The notes under the pieces were generated by a model that saw nothing but the letters and a program-made list of their open reading frames with translations, was not told the DNA's origin and searched no databases. A stretch of 64,000 bases of DNA. Origin: Eledone cirrhosa (Eukaryota). Made by a program: the position numbers and the translations under genes. This document shows, one piece after another, positions 14,901 to 30,700 of this stretch. The stretch covers positions 23,312,001-23,376,000 of the forward strand of contig OZ024753.1 in assembly GCA_964016885.1 (NCBI GenBank), written 5' to 3'. Position 1 is the first letter of the stretch. Each line of letters opens with the position of its first letter.

Positions 14901-17900
14901 TCAATGACAGTCAAATCCCACTCTTTCAATCACAGTGTCATAACCCACTCTTTCAATGACAGTCAAAACCCACTATTTCAATGATAATGTCAAAGCTACT
15001 CGTTCAATGAATGTCAAAACCCACTCTTTCAATGACAATGTCAAAACCCACTCTTTCAATGACAGTCAAAACACAATCTTTCAATGAGAATCAAAACCCA
15101 CTCTTTAAATGACAGTCAAAACCTACTCTTTCAATGTCAGTCAAACCAACTATTTCAATGACAGTCAAAACACACTCTTTCAATGACAGTCAAAACCCAC
15201 TCTTTCAATGACCGTCAAAACCCACTCTTTCAATGACAGTCAAAACCCACTCTTTCAATGACAGCTAACACCCACTCTTTCATTGACAATGTCAAAACCC
15301 ACTCTTTCAATGACAATGTCAAAACCTACTCTTTCAATGACAGTCAAAAGCCACTCTTTCAATGACAGTCAAAACCTACTCTTTCAATGACAGCCAAACC
15401 CACTCTTTCAATGACAGTCAAAACCAACTCTTTCAATGACACTGTTAAAACCCACTATTTCAATGACAGTCAAAACACACTCTTTCAATGACCGTCAAAA
15501 CCCACTCTTTCAATGACAGTCAAAACCAACTCTTTCAATGACACTGTTAAAACCAACTCTTTCAATGACACTGTTAAAACCCACTCTTTCAATGACAGTC
15601 AAAACCCACTTTTCCAATGACAGTCAAAACCTACTCTTTCAATGACAATGTCAAAACCCATTCTTTCAATGACAGTCAAAACCCACTCTTTCAATGACAG
15701 TCAAAACCCACTCTTTCAATGACAATGTCAAAACCCACTCTTTCAACGACAATGTCAAAACCTACTCCTTCAATGACAGCCAGAATCTACTCTTTCAATG
15801 ACAATGTCAAATCCCACTCTTTCAATGACAGTCAAAACACACTCTTTCAATGACAATCAAAATCCACTCTTTAAATGACAGTCAAAACCTACTCTTTCAA
15901 TGACAGCCAAAACCTACTCTTTCAATGACAATCAAAACCCATTCTTTCAATGACAGTCAAAACCCACTCTTTCAATGTCTGGCAAAACCTACTCTTTCAA
16001 TGACAGTCAAATCCCACTCTTTCAATCACAGTGTCATAACCCACTCTTTCAATGACAGTCAAAACCCACTATTTCAATGATAATGTCAAAACTACTCTTT
16101 CAATGAATGTCAAAACCCACTCTTTCAATGACAATGTGAAAACCTACTCTTTCAATGACAGTCAAAAGCCACTCTTTCAATGACAATCAAAACCCACTCT
16201 TTCAATGAGAGGCAAAACCCACTCTTTCAATGACAATGTCAAAACCTATCTTTCAATGACAGTCAAATCCCACTCTTTGAATGACAGTGTCAAAACCCAC
16301 TCTTTCAATTATAGTCAAAACCCACTCTTTCAATGACAATGTCAAAGCCTACTCTTTCAATGACAGCCAAAACCTACTCTTTCGATGACAATGTCAAAAC
16401 CCACTCTTTCAATGACAGTCAAAATCCACATTTTCAATGACAATAAAAACCCACTCTTTAAATGACAGTCAAAACCTACTCTTTCAATGACAATGTCAAA
16501 ACCCACTCTTTCAATGACAGTAAAAACCCACTTTTCCAATGACAGTCAAAACCTACTCTTTCAATGACAATATCAAAACCCATTCTTTCAATGACAGTCA
16601 AAACCCACTCTTTCAATGACAGTCAAAACCCACTCTTTCAATGACAATGTCAAAACCCACTCTTTCAATGACAGTCAAAACCCACTCTTTCAATGACAAT
16701 GTCAAAACCCACTCTTTCAATGACAGTCAAAAACCACTTTTCCAATGACAGTCAAAACCTACTCTTTCAATAAAAATATCAAAACCCATTCTTTCAATGA
16801 CAGTCAAAACCCACTCTTTCAATGACAGTCAAAACCCACTCTTTCAATGACAGTCAAAACCTACTCTTTCAATGACAGCCAAAACCTCCTCTTTCAATGA
16901 CAACGTCAACACCCACTATTTCAATGACAATTTCAAAACCTACTCTTCCAATGACAGCCAAAACCTACTCTTTCGATGACAATGTCAAAACCCACTCTTT
17001 CAATGACAGTCAAAACCCACTCTTTCAATGAGAATAAAAACCCACTCTTTAAATGACAGTCAAAACCTACTCTTTCAATGACAATGTCAAAACCCACTCT
17101 TTCAATGACAGTCAAAAACCACTTTTCCAATGACAGTCAAAACCTACTCTTTCAATGACAATATCAAAACCCATTCTTTCAATGACAGTCAAAACCCACT
17201 CTTTCAATGACAGTCAAAACCCACTCTTTCAATGACAATGTCAAAACCCACTCTTTCAATGACAGTCAAAACCCACTCTTTCAATGACAATGTCAAAACC
17301 CACTCTTTCAATGACAATGTCAAAACCTACTCCTTCAATGACAGCCAAAATCTATTCTTTCAATGACAATGTCAAAACCCACTCTTTCAATGACAGTCAA
17401 AACACACTCTTTCAATGACAATCAAAACCCACTCTTTCAATGACAGTCAAAACCTACTCTTTCAATGACAGCCAAAACCTCCTCTTTCAATGACAATGTC
17501 AAAACCCACTCTTTCAATGGCAGTCAAAACCCACTCTTCCAATGACAGTCAAAACCTACTCTTTCAATGACAGTCAAAACCCATTCTTTCAATGACAGTC
17601 AAAACCCACTCTTTCAATGTCAGGCAAAACCTACTCTTTCAATGACAGTCAAATCCCACTCTTTCAATCACAGTGTCATAACCCACTCTTTCAATGACAG
17701 TCAAAACCCACTATTTCAATGATAATGTCAAAGCTACTCTTTCAATGAATGTCAAAACCCACTCTTTCAATGACAATGTCAAAACCCACTCTTTCAATGA
17801 CAGTCAAAACACAATCTTTCAATGAGAATCAAAACCCACTCTTTAAATGACAGTCAAAACCTACTCTTTCAATGTCAGTCAAACCCACTATTTCAATGAC

Positions 17901-19650
17901 AGTCAAAACACACTCTTTCAATGACAGTCAAAACCCACTCTTTCAATGACCGTCAAAACCCACTCTTTCAATGACAGTCAAAAACCCACTCTTTCAATGA
18001 CAGCTAACACCCACTCTTTCATTGACAATGTCAAAACCCACTCTTTCAATGACAATGTCAAAACCTACTCTTTCAATGACAGTCAAAAGCCACTCTTTCA
18101 ATGACAGTCAAAACCTACTCTTTCAATGACAGCCAAACCCACTCTTTCAATGACAGTCAAAACCAACTCTTTCAATGACACTGTTAAAACCCACTCTTTC
18201 AATGACAATGTCAAAACCCACTCTTTCAATGACAGTCAAAACCCACTCTTTCAATGACAATAAAAACCCACACTTTAAATGACAGTCAAAACCTACTCTT
18301 TCAATGACAATGTCAAAACCCACTCTTTCAATGACAGTCAAAACCCACTTTTCCAATGACAGTCAAAACCTACTCTTTCAATGACAATGTCAAAACCCAT
18401 TCTTTCAATGACAGTCAAAACCCACTCTTTCAATGACAGTCAAAACCCACTCTTTCAATGACAATGTCAAAACCCACTCTTTCAACGACAATGTCAAAAC
18501 CTACTCCTTCAATGAGAGCCAGAATCTACTCTTTCAATGACAATGTCAAAACCCACTCTTTCAATGACAGTCAAAACACACTCTTTCAATGACAATCAAA
18601 ACCCACTCTTTAAATGACAGTCAAAACCTACTCTTTCAATGACAGCCAAAACCTACTCTTTCAATGACAGTCAAAACCCATTCTTTCAATGACAGTCAAA
18701 ACCCACTCTTTCAATGTCTGGCAAAACCTACTCTTTCAATGACAGTCAGATCCCACTCTTTCAATCACAGCGTCATAACCCACTCTTTCAATGACAGTCA
18801 AAACCCACTATTTCAATGATAATGTCAAAACTACTCTTTCAATGAATGTCAAAACCCACTCTTTCAATGACAATGTGAAAACCTACTCTTTCAATGACAG
18901 TCAAAACCCACTCTTTCAATGACAATCAAAACCCACTCTTTCAATGAGAGGCAAAACCCACTCTTTCAATGACAATGTCAAAACCTATCTTTCAATGACA
19001 GTCAAATCCCACTCTTTGAATGACAGTGTCAAAACCCACTCTTTCAGTTATAGTCAAAACCCACTCTTTCAATGACAATGTCAAAACCTACTCTTTCAAT
19101 GACAGCCAAAACCTACTCTTTCGATGACAATGTCAAAACCCACTCTTTCAATGACAGTCAAAACCCACATTTTCAATGACAATAAAAACCCACTCTTTAA
19201 ATGACAGTCAAAACCTACTCTTTCAATGACAATGTCAAAACCCACTCTTTCAATGACAGTCAAAACCCACTTTTCCAATGACAGTCAAAACCTACTCTTT
19301 CAATGACAATATCAAAACCCATTCTTTCAATGACAGTCAAAACCCACTCTTTCAATGACAGTCAAAACCTACTCTTTCAATGACAATGTCAAAACCCACT
19401 CTTTCAATGACAGTCAAAACCCACTCTTTCAATGACAATGTCAAAACCCACTCTTTCAATGACAATGTCAAAACCTACTCCTTCAATGACAGCCAAAATC
19501 TACTCTTTCAATGACAATGAAAAACCCACTCTTTCAATGACAGTCAAAACACACTCTTTCAATGACAATCAAAACCCACTCTTTAAATGACAGTCAAAAC
19601 CTACTCTTTCAATGATAGCCAAAACCTACTCTTTCAATGACAATGTCAAA
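14160..19650. repeat. Imperfect ~2.74-kb higher-order duplication
   Basis: ORF-track pairs 14195/16933 (2738) and 16357/19096 (2739). Shared private variants CCACATTTTCAAT, GTCAAAGCTACTC and GACACTGTTAAAA. Confidence 0.7.
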
Positions 19651-22649
19651 ACACACTCTTTCACTGGCAGTCAAAACCCACTCTTCCAATGACAGTCAAA
19701 ACCTACTCTTTCAATGACAGTCAAAACCCATTCTTTCAATGAGAGTCAAAACCCACTCTTTCAATGTCAGGCAAAACCTACTCTTTCAATGACAGTCAAA
19801 TCCCACTCTTTCAATCACAGTGTCATAACCCACTCTTTCAATGACAGTCAAAACCCACTATTTCAATGATAATGTCAAACCTACTCTTTCAATGAATGTC
19901 AAAACCCACTCTTTCAATGACAGTCAAAACACAATCTTTCAATGAGAATCAAAACCCACTCTTTAAATGACAGTCAAAACCTACTCTTTCAATGTCAGTC
20001 AAACCCACTATTTCAATGACAGTCAAAACACACTCTTTCAATGACAGTCAAAACCCACTCTTTCAATGACCGTCAAAACACACTCATTCATTGACAATGT
20101 CAAAACCCACTCTTTCAATGACAATGTCAAAACCTACTCTTTCAATGACAGTCAAAACCCACTATTTCAATGACAGTCAAAACCCACTCTTTCAATGACA
20201 ATAAAAACCCACTCTTTAAATGACAGTCAAAACCTACTCTTTCAATGACAATGTCAAAACCCACTCTTTCAATGACAGTCAAAACCCACTTTTCCAATGA
20301 CAGTCAAAACCTACTCTTTCAATGACAATGTCAAAACCCACTCTTTCAATGACAATGTCAAAACCTACTCCTTCAATGACAGCCAAAATCTACTCTTTCA
20401 ATGACAATGTCAAAACCCACTCTTTCAATGACAGACAAAACACACTCTTTCAATGACAATCAAAACCCACTCTTTAAATGACAGTCAAAACCTACTCTTT
20501 CAATGACAATGTCAAAACACACTCTTTCACTGGCAGTCAAAACCCACTCTTCCAATGACAGTCAAAACCTTCTCTTTCAATGACAGTCAAAACCCACTCT
20601 TTCAATGTCAGGCAAAACCTACTCTTTCAATGACGGTCAAATCCCACTCTTTCAATCACAGTGTCATAACCCACTCTTTCAATGACAGTCAAAACCCACT
20701 ATTTCAATGATAATGTCAAACCTACTCTTTCAATGAATGTCAAAACCCACTCTTTTAATGACAGTCAAAACACAATCTTTCAATGAGAATCAAAACCCAC
20801 TCTTTAAATGACAGTCAAAACCTACTCTTTCAATGTCAGTCAAACCCACTATTTCAATGACAGTCAAAACACACTCTTTCAATGACAGTCAACACCCACT
20901 CTTTCAATGACCGTCAAAACACACTCATTCATTGACAATGTCAAAACCCACTCTTTCAATGACAATGTCAAAACCTACTCTTTCAATGACAGTCAAAACC
21001 CACTCTTTCAATGACAGTCAAAACCTACTCTTTCAATGACAGCCAAATCCTACTCTTTCGAGGACAATGTCAAAACCCACTCTTTCAATGACAGTCAAAA
21101 CCCACTCTTTCAATGACAATAAAAACCCACTCTTTAAATGACAGTCAAAACCTACTCTTTCAATGACAATGTCAAAACCCACTCTTTCAATGACAGTCAA
21201 AACCCACTTTTCCAATGACAGTCAAAACCTACTCTTTCAATGACAATGTCAAAACCCACTCTTTCAATGACAATGTCAAAACCTACTCCTTCAATGACAG
21301 CCAAAATCTACTCTTTCAATGACAATGTCAAAACCCACTCTTTCAATGACAGTCAAAATACACTCTTTCAATGACAATCAAAACCCACTCTTTAAATGAC
21401 AGTCAAAACCTACTCTTTCAATGATAGCCAAAACCTACTCTTTCAATGACAATGTCAAAACCCACTCTTTCAATGACAGTCAAAACCCACTCTTCCAATG
21501 ACAGTCAAAACCTACTCTTTCAATGACAGTCAAAACCCATTCTTTCAATGACAGTCAAAACCCACTCTTTCAATGTCAGGCAAAACCTACTCTTTCAATG
21601 ACAGTCAAATCCCACGCTTTCAATCACAGTGTCATAACCCACTCTTTCAATGACAGTCAAAACCCACTATTTCAATGATAATGTCAAACCTACTCTTTCA
21701 ATGAATGTCAAAACCCACTCTTTCAATGACAATGTCAAAACCACTCTTTCAATGACAGTCAAAACACAATCTTTCAATGAGAATCAAAACCCACCCTTTA
21801 AATGACAGTCAAAACCTACTCTTTCAATGTCAGTCAAACCCACTATTTCAATGACCGTCAAAACCCACTCTTTCAATGACAGTCAAAAACCCACTCTTTC
21901 AATGACAGCTAACACCCACTCTTTCATTGACAATGTCAAACCCACTCTTTCAATGACAATGTCAAAACCTACTCTTTCAATGACAGTCAAAACCCACTCT
22001 TTCAATGACAGTCAAAACCTACTCTTTCAATGACAGCCAAACCCACTCTTTCAATGACAGTCAAAACCAACTCTTTCAATGACAATGTTAAAACCCACTC
22101 TTTCAATGACAATGTCAAAACCTACTCTTTCAATGACAGCCAAAACCTACTCTTTCGATGACAATGTCAAAACCCACTCTTTCAATGACAGTCAAAACCC
22201 ACTCTTTCAATGACAATAAAAACCCACTCTTTAAAAGACAGTCAAAACCTACTCTTTCAATGACAATGTCAAAACCCACTCTTTCAATGACAGTCAAAAC
22301 CCACTTTTCCAATGACAGTCAAAACCTACTCTTTCAATGACAATGTCAAAAATCATTCTTTCAATGACAGTCATAACCCACTCTTTCAATGACAGTCAAA
22401 ACCCACTCTTTCAATGACAATGTCAAATCCGACTCTTTCAATGACAATGTCAAAACCTACCCCTTCAATGACAGCCAAAATCTACTCTTTCAATGACAAT
22501 GTCAAAACCCACTCTTTCAATGACAGTCAAAACACAATCTTTCAATGAGAATCAAAACCCACTCTTTAAATAACAGTCAAAACCTACTCTTTCAATGACA
22601 GCCAAAACCTACTCTTTCAATGACAATGTCAAAACCCACTCTTTCAATG

Positions 22650-25240
22650 ACAGTCAAAACCCACTCTTCCAATGACAGTCAAAACCTACTCTTTCAATGA
22701 CAGTCAAAACCCACTCTTTCAATGACAGTCAAAACACACTCTTTCAATGACAATCAAAACCCACTCTTTAAATGACAGTCAAAACCTACTCTTTCAATGA
22801 TAGCCAAAACCTACTCTTTCAATGACAATGTCAAAACACACTCTTTCACTGGCAGTCAAAACCCACTCTTCCAATGACAGTCAAAACCTTCTCTTTCAAT
22901 GACAGTCAAAACCCATTCTTTCAATGACAGTCAAAACCCACTCTTTCAATGTCAGGCAAAACCTACTCTTTCAATGACAGTCAAATCCCACTCTTTCAAT
23001 CACAGTGTCATAACCCACTCTTTCAATGACAGTCAAAACCCACTATTTCAATGATAATGTCAAACCTACTCTTTCAATGAATGTCAAAACCCACTCTTTT
23101 AATGACAGTCAAAACACAATCTTTCAATGAGAATCAAAACCCACTCTTTAAATGACAGTCAAAACCTACTCTTTCAATGTCAGTCAAAACACACTCTTTC
23201 AATGACAGTCAAAACCCACTATTTCTATGACAGTCAAAACACACTCTTTCAATGACAGTCAAAACCCACTCTTTCAATGACCGTCAAAACACACTCATTC
23301 ATTGACAATGTCAAAACCCACTCTTTCAATGACAATGTCAAAACCTACTCTTTCAATGACAGTCAAAACCCACTCTTTCAATGACAGTCAAAACCCACTC
23401 TTTCAATGACAATAAAAACCCACTCTTTAAATGACAGTCAAAACCTACTCTTTCAATGACAATGTCAAAACCCACTCTTTCAATGACAGTCAAAACCCAC
23501 TTTTCCAATGACAGTCAAAACCTACTCTTTCAATGACAATGTCAAAACCCACTCTTTCAATGACAATGTCAAAACCTACTCCTTCAATGACAGCCAAAAT
23601 CTACTCTTTCAATGACAATGTCAAAACCCACTCTTTCAATGACAGACAAAACACACTCTTTCAATGACAATCAAAACCCACTCTTTAAATGACAGTCAAA
23701 ACCTACTCTTTCAATGACAATGTCAAAACACACTCTTTCACTGGCAGTCAAAACCCACTCTTCCAATGACGGTCAAAACCTTCTCTTTCAATGACAGTCA
23801 AAACCCATTCTTTCAATGACAGTCAAAACCCACTCTTTCAATGTCAGGCAAAACCTACTCTTTCAATGACGGTCAAATCCCACTCTTTCAATCACAGTGT
23901 CATAACCCACTCTTTCAATGACAGTCAAAACCCACTATTTCAATGACAGTCAAAACCCACTCTTCCAATGACAGTCAAAACCTACTCTTTCAATGACAGT
24001 CAAAACCCACTCTTTCAATGACAGTCAAAACACACTCTTTCAATGACAATCAAAACCCACTCTTTAAATGACAGTCAAAACCTACTCTTTCAATGATAGC
24101 CAAAACCTACTCTTTCAATGACAATGTCAAAACACACTCTTTCACTGGCAGTCAAAACCCACTCTTCCAATGACAGTCAAAACCTTCTCTTTCAATGACA
24201 GTCAAAACCCATTCTTTCAATGACAGTCAAAACCCACTCTTTCAATGTCAGGCAAAACCTACTCTTTCAATGACAGTCAAATCCCACTCTTTCAATCACA
24301 GTGTCATAACCCACTCTTTCAATGACAGTCAAAACCCACTATTTCAATGATAATGTCAAACCTACTCTTTCAATGAATGTCAAAACCCACTCTTTTAATG
24401 ACAGTCAAAACACAATCTTTCAATGAGAATCAAAACCCACTCTTTAAATGACAGTCAAAACCTACTCTTTCATTGTCAGTCAAAACACACTCTTTCAATG
24501 ACAGTCAAAACCCACTATTTCTATGACAGTCAAAACACACTCTTTCAATGACAGTCAAAACCCACTCTTTCAATGACCGTCAAAACACACTCATTCATTG
24601 ACAATGTCAAAACCCACTCTTTCAATGACAATGTCAAAACGTACTCTTTCAATGACAGTCAAAACCCACTCTTTCAATGACAGTCAAAACCCACTCTTTC
24701 AATGACAATAAAAACCCACTCTTTAAATGACAGTCAAAACCTACTCTTTCAATGACAATGTCAAAACCCACTCTTTCAAGGACAGTCAAAACCCACTTTT
24801 CCAATGACAGTCAAAACCTACTCTTTCAATGACAATGTCAAAACCCACTCTTTCAATGACAATGTCAAAACCTACTCCTTCAATGACAGCCAAAATCTAC
24901 TCTTTCAATGACAATGTCAAAACCCACTCTTTCAATGACAGACAAAACACACTCTTTCAATGACAATCAAAACCCACTCTTTAAATGACAGTCAAAACCT
25001 ACTCTTTCAATGACAATGTCAAAACACACTCTTTCACTGGCAGTCAAAACCTACTCTTCCAATGACAGTCAAAACCTCTCTTTCAATGACAGTCAAAACC
25101 CATTCTTTCAATGACAGTCAAAACCCACTCTTTCAATGTCAGGCAAAACCTACTCTTTCAATGACGGTCAAATCCCACTCTTTCAATCACAGTGTCATAA
25201 CCCACTCTTTCAATGACAGTCAAAACCCACTATTTCAATG
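22650..25240. repeat. 1296-bp tandem duplication
   Basis: TAGCCAAAAC at 22801/24097 and ATTTCTATGA at 23221/24517, with the same order of variants in between. Confidence 0.8.
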
Positions 25241-27789
25241 ATAATGTCAAACCTACTCTTTCAATGAATGTCAAAACCCACTCTTTCAATGACAGTCAAA
25301 ACACAATCTTTCAATGAGAATCAAAACCCACTCTTTAAATGACAGTCAAAACCTACTCTTTCAATGTCAGTCAAACCCACTATTTCAATGACAGTCAAAA
25401 CACACTCTTTCAATGACAGTCAAAACCCACTCTTTCAATGACAATAAAAACCCACTCTTTAAATGACAGTCAAAACCTACTCTTTCAATGACAATGTCAA
25501 AACCCACTCTTTCAATGACAGTCAAAACCCACTTTTCCAATGACAGTCAAAACCTACTCTTTCAATGACAATGTCAAAACCCACTCTTTCAATGACAATG
25601 TCAAAACCTACTCCTTCAATGACAGCCAAAATCTACTCTTTCAATGACAATGTCAAAACCCACTCTTTCAATGACAGTCAAAACACACTCTTTCAATGAC
25701 AATCAAAACCCACTCTTTAAATGACAGTCAAAACCTACTCTTTCAATGATAGCCAAAACCTACTCTTTCAATGACAATGTCGAAACCCACTCTTTCAATG
25801 ACAGTCAAAACCCACTCTTCCAATGACAGTCAAAACCTACTCTTTCAATGACAGTCAAAACCCACTCTTTCAATGTCAGGCAAAACCTACTCTTTCAATG
25901 ACAGTCAAATCCCACTCTTTCAATCACAGTGTCATAACCCACTCTTTCAATGACAATCAAAACCCACTATTTCAATGATAATGTCAAACCTACTCTTTCA
26001 ATGAATGTCAAAACCCACTCTTTCAATGACAGTCAAAATCCACTCTTTCAATGACAATCAAAACCCACTCTTTCAATGAGAGGCAAAACCCACTCTTTCA
26101 ATGACAATGTCAAAACCTATCTTTCAATGACAGTCAAATCCCACTCTTTCAATGACAATGTCATAAACTAGTCTTTCAATGACAGCCAAAACCTACTCTT
26201 TCAATGACAATAAAAACCCACTCTTTAAATGACACTCAAAAACTACTCTTTCAATGACAGTCAAAACCTACTCTTTCAATGACAGTCAAAACCCATTCTT
26301 TCAATGACAGTCAAAACCCACTCTTTCAATGTCAGGCAAAACCTACTCTTTCAATGACAGTCAAATCCCACTCTTTCAATCACAGTGTCATAACCCACTC
26401 TTTCAATGACAGTCAAAACCCACTATTTCAATGATAATGTCAAACCTACTCTTTCAATGAATGTCAAAACCCACTCTTTCAATGACAATGTCAAAACCTA
26501 CTCTTTCAATGACAGTCAAAACACAATCTTTCAATGAGAATCAAAACCCACTCTTTAAATGACAGTCAAAACCTACTCTTTCAATGTCAGTCAAACCCAC
26601 TATTTCAATGACAGTCAAAACACACTCTTTCAATGACAGTCAAAAACCCACTCTTTCAATGACAACTAACACCCACTCTTTCATTGACAATGTCAAAACC
26701 CACTATTTCAATGATAATGTCAAACCTACTCTTTCAATGAATGTCAAAACCCACTCTTTCAATGACAGTCAAAATCCACTCTTTCAATGACAATCAAAAC
26801 CCACTCTTTCAATGAGAGGCAAATCCCACTCTTTCAATGACAATGTGATAACCTACTCTTTCAATGACAGCCAAAACCTACTTTTTCAATGACAGTCAAA
26901 ACCCACTCTTTCAATGTCAGGCAAAATCTACTCTTTCAATGACAGTCAAATCCCACTCTTTCAATCAAAGTGTCATAACCCACTCTTTCAATGACAGTCA
27001 AAACCCACTATTTCAATGATAATGTCAAACCTACTCTTTCAATGAATGCCAAAACCCACTCTTTCAATGACAATGTCAAGACCTACTCTTTCAATGAGAG
27101 GCAAAACCCACTCTTTCAATCACAATGTCAAAACCCACTTTTCCAATGACAGTCAAAACCTACTCTTTCAATGACAATGTCAAAACCCATTCTTTCAATG
27201 ACAGTCAAAACCCACCCTTTCAATGACAGTCAAAACCCACTCTTTCAATGACAATGTCAAAACCCACTCTTTCAATGACAGTCAAAACCCACTCTTTCAA
27301 TGACAATTTCAAAACCCACTCTTTCAATGACAATGTCTAAACCTACTCCTTCAATGACAGCCAAAATCTACACTTTCAATGACAATGTCAACACCCACTC
27401 TTTCAATGACAGTCAAAATCCACTCTTTCAATGACAATCAAAACCCACTCTTTCAATGAGAGGCAAATCCCACTCTTTCAATGACAATGTGATAACCTAC
27501 TCTTTCAATGACAGCCAAAACCTACTTTTTCAATGACAATAAAAACCCACTCTTTAAATGACACTCAAAACCTACTCTTTCAATGACAGTCAAAACCCAC
27601 TCTTTCAATGTCAGGCAAAATCTACTCTTTCAATGACAGTCAAATCCCACTCTTTCAATCAAAGTGTCATAACCCACTCTTTCAATGACAGTCAAAACCC
27701 ACTATTTCAATGATAATGTCAAACCTACTCTTTCAATGAATGCCAAAACCCACTCTTTCAATGACAATGTCAAAACCTACTCTTTCAAT

Positions 27790-30700
27790 GAGAGGCAAAA
27801 CCCACTCTTTCAATCACAATGTCAAAACCTATCTTTCAATGACAGTCAAATCCCACTCTTTCAATGACAGTGTCAAAACCCACTCTTTCAATGACAGTCA
27901 AACCCCACTCTTTCAATGACAATGTCAACACCCACTATTTCAATGACAATGTCAAAACCTACTCTTTCAATGTCAGTCAAATCCACTATTTGAATGACAG
28001 TCAAAACACACTCTTTCAATGAGAGCTAACACCCACTCTTTCATTGACAATGTCAAAACACACTCTTTCAATGACAATTTCAAAACCTACCCCTTTCAAT
28101 GACAGTCAAATCCCACTCTTTCAATGACAGTCAAAACCTACTCTTTCAATGAGAGCCAAACCCACTCTGTCAATGACAGTCAAAACCCACTCTTTCAATG
28201 ACAATGTTAAAACCCACTCTTTCCATGACAATGTCAAAATCTACTCTTTCAATGACAGCCAAAACCTACTCTTTCAATGACAATGTCAAAACCCACTCTT
28301 TCAATGACAGTCAAAACCCACTCTTTCAATGACAATAAAAACAAACTCTTTAAATGACAGTCAAAACCTACTCTTTCAATGACAGTCAAAACCTACTCTT
28401 TCAATCACAATGTCAAAACCCACTCTTTCAATGACAGTCAAAACCCACTTTTCCAATGACAGTCAAAACCTACTCTTTCAATGACAATGTCAAAACCCAT
28501 TCTTTCAATGACAGTCAAAACCCACTCTTTCAATGACAGTCAAAACCCACTCTTTCAATGACAATGTCAAAACCCACTCTTTCAATGACAGTCAAAACCC
28601 ACTCTTTCAATGACAATTTCAAAACCCACTCTTTCAATGACAATGTCTAAACCTACTCCTTCAATGACAGCCAAAATCTACACTTTCAATGACAATGTCA
28701 ACACCCACTCTTTCAATGACAATCAAAACCCACACTTTAAATGACAGTCAGAACCTACTCTTTCAATGACATCCAAAACCTACTCTTTCAATGACAATGT
28801 CAAAACCCACTCTTTCAATGACAGTCAAAACCCACTCTTTCAATGACAGTCAAAACCTACTCTTTCAATGACAGCCAAACCCACTCTTTCAATGACAGTC
28901 AAAACCTACTCTTTCAATGACAGTCAAAACCCATTCTTTCAATGACAGTCAAAACCCACTCTTTCAATGTCAGACAAAACCTACTCTTTCAATGACAGTC
29001 AAATCCCACGCTTTCAATCACAGTGTCATAACCCACTCTTTCAATGATAGTCAAAACCCACTATTTCAATGATAATGTCAAACCTACTCTTTCAATGAAT
29101 GTCAAAACCCACTCTTTCAATGACAATGTCAAAACCCACTCTTTCAATGACAGTCAAAACACAATCTTTCAATGAGAATCAAAACCCACTCTTTAAATGA
29201 CAGTCAAAACCTACTCTTTCAATGTCAGTCAAACCCACTATTTCAATGACAGTCAAAACACACTCTTTCAATGACAGTCAAAACCCACTCTTTCAATGAC
29301 CGTCAAAACCAACTCTTTCAATGACAGTCAAAAACCCACTCTTTCAATGACAGCTAACACCCACTTTTTCATTGACAATCTCAAAACCCACTCTTTCAAT
29401 GACAATGTAAAAACCTACTCTTTCAATGACAGTCAAAACCCACTCTTTCAATGACAGTCAAAACCTACTCTTTCAATGACAGCCAAACCCACTCTTTCAA
29501 TGACAGTCAAAACCAACTCTTTCAATGACAATGTTAAAACCCACTCTTTCAATGACAATGTCAAAACCTACTCTTTCAATGACAGCCAAAACCTACTCTT
29601 TCAATGAGAGGCAAAACCCACTCTTTCAATCACAATGTCAAAACCTATCTTTCAATGACAGTCAAATCCCACTCTTTCAATGACAGTGTCAAAACCCACT
29701 CTTTCAATGACAGTCAAACCCCACTCTTTCAATGACAATGTCAACACCCACTATTTCAATGACAATGTCAAAACCTACTCTTTCAATGTCAGTCAAATCC
29801 ACTATTTGAATGACAGTCAAAACACACTCTTTCAATGAGAGCTAACACCCACTCTTTCATTGACAATGTCAAAACACACTCTTTCAATGACAATTTCAAA
29901 ACCTACCCCTTTCAATGACAGTCAAATCCCACTCTTTCAATGACAGTCAAAACCTACTCTTTCAATGAGAGCCAAACCCACTCTGTCAATGACAGTCAAA
30001 ACCCACTCTTTCAATGACAATGTTAAAACCCACTCTTTCCATGACAATGTCAAAATCTACTCTTTCAATGACAGCCAAAACCTACTCTTTCAATGACAAT
30101 GTCAAAACCCACTCTTTCAATGACAGTCAAAACCCACTCTTTCAATGACAATAAAAACAAACTCTTTAAATGACAGTCAAAACCTACTCTTTCAATGACA
30201 GTCAAAACCTACTCTTTCAATCACAATGTCAAAACCCACTCTTTCAATGACAGTCAAAACCCACTTTTCCAATGACAGTCAAAACCTACTCTTTCAATGA
30301 CAATGTCAAAACCCATTCTTTCAATGACAGTCAAAACCCACTCTTTCAATGACAGTCAAAACCCACTCTTTCAATGACAATGTCAAAACCCACTCTTTCA
30401 ATGACAGTCAAAACCCACTCTTTCAATGACAATTTCAAAACCCACTCTTTCAATGACAATGTCTAAACCTACTCCTTCAATGACAGCCAAAATCTACACT
30501 TTCAATGACAATGTCAACACCCACTCTTTCAATGACAATCAAAACCCACACTTTAAATGACAGTCAGAACCTACTCTTTCAATGACATCCAAAACCTACT
30601 CTTTCAATGACAATGTCAAAACCCACTCTTTCAATGACAGTCAAAACCCACTCTTTCAATGACAGTCAAAACCTACTCTTTCAATGACAGCCAAACCCAC

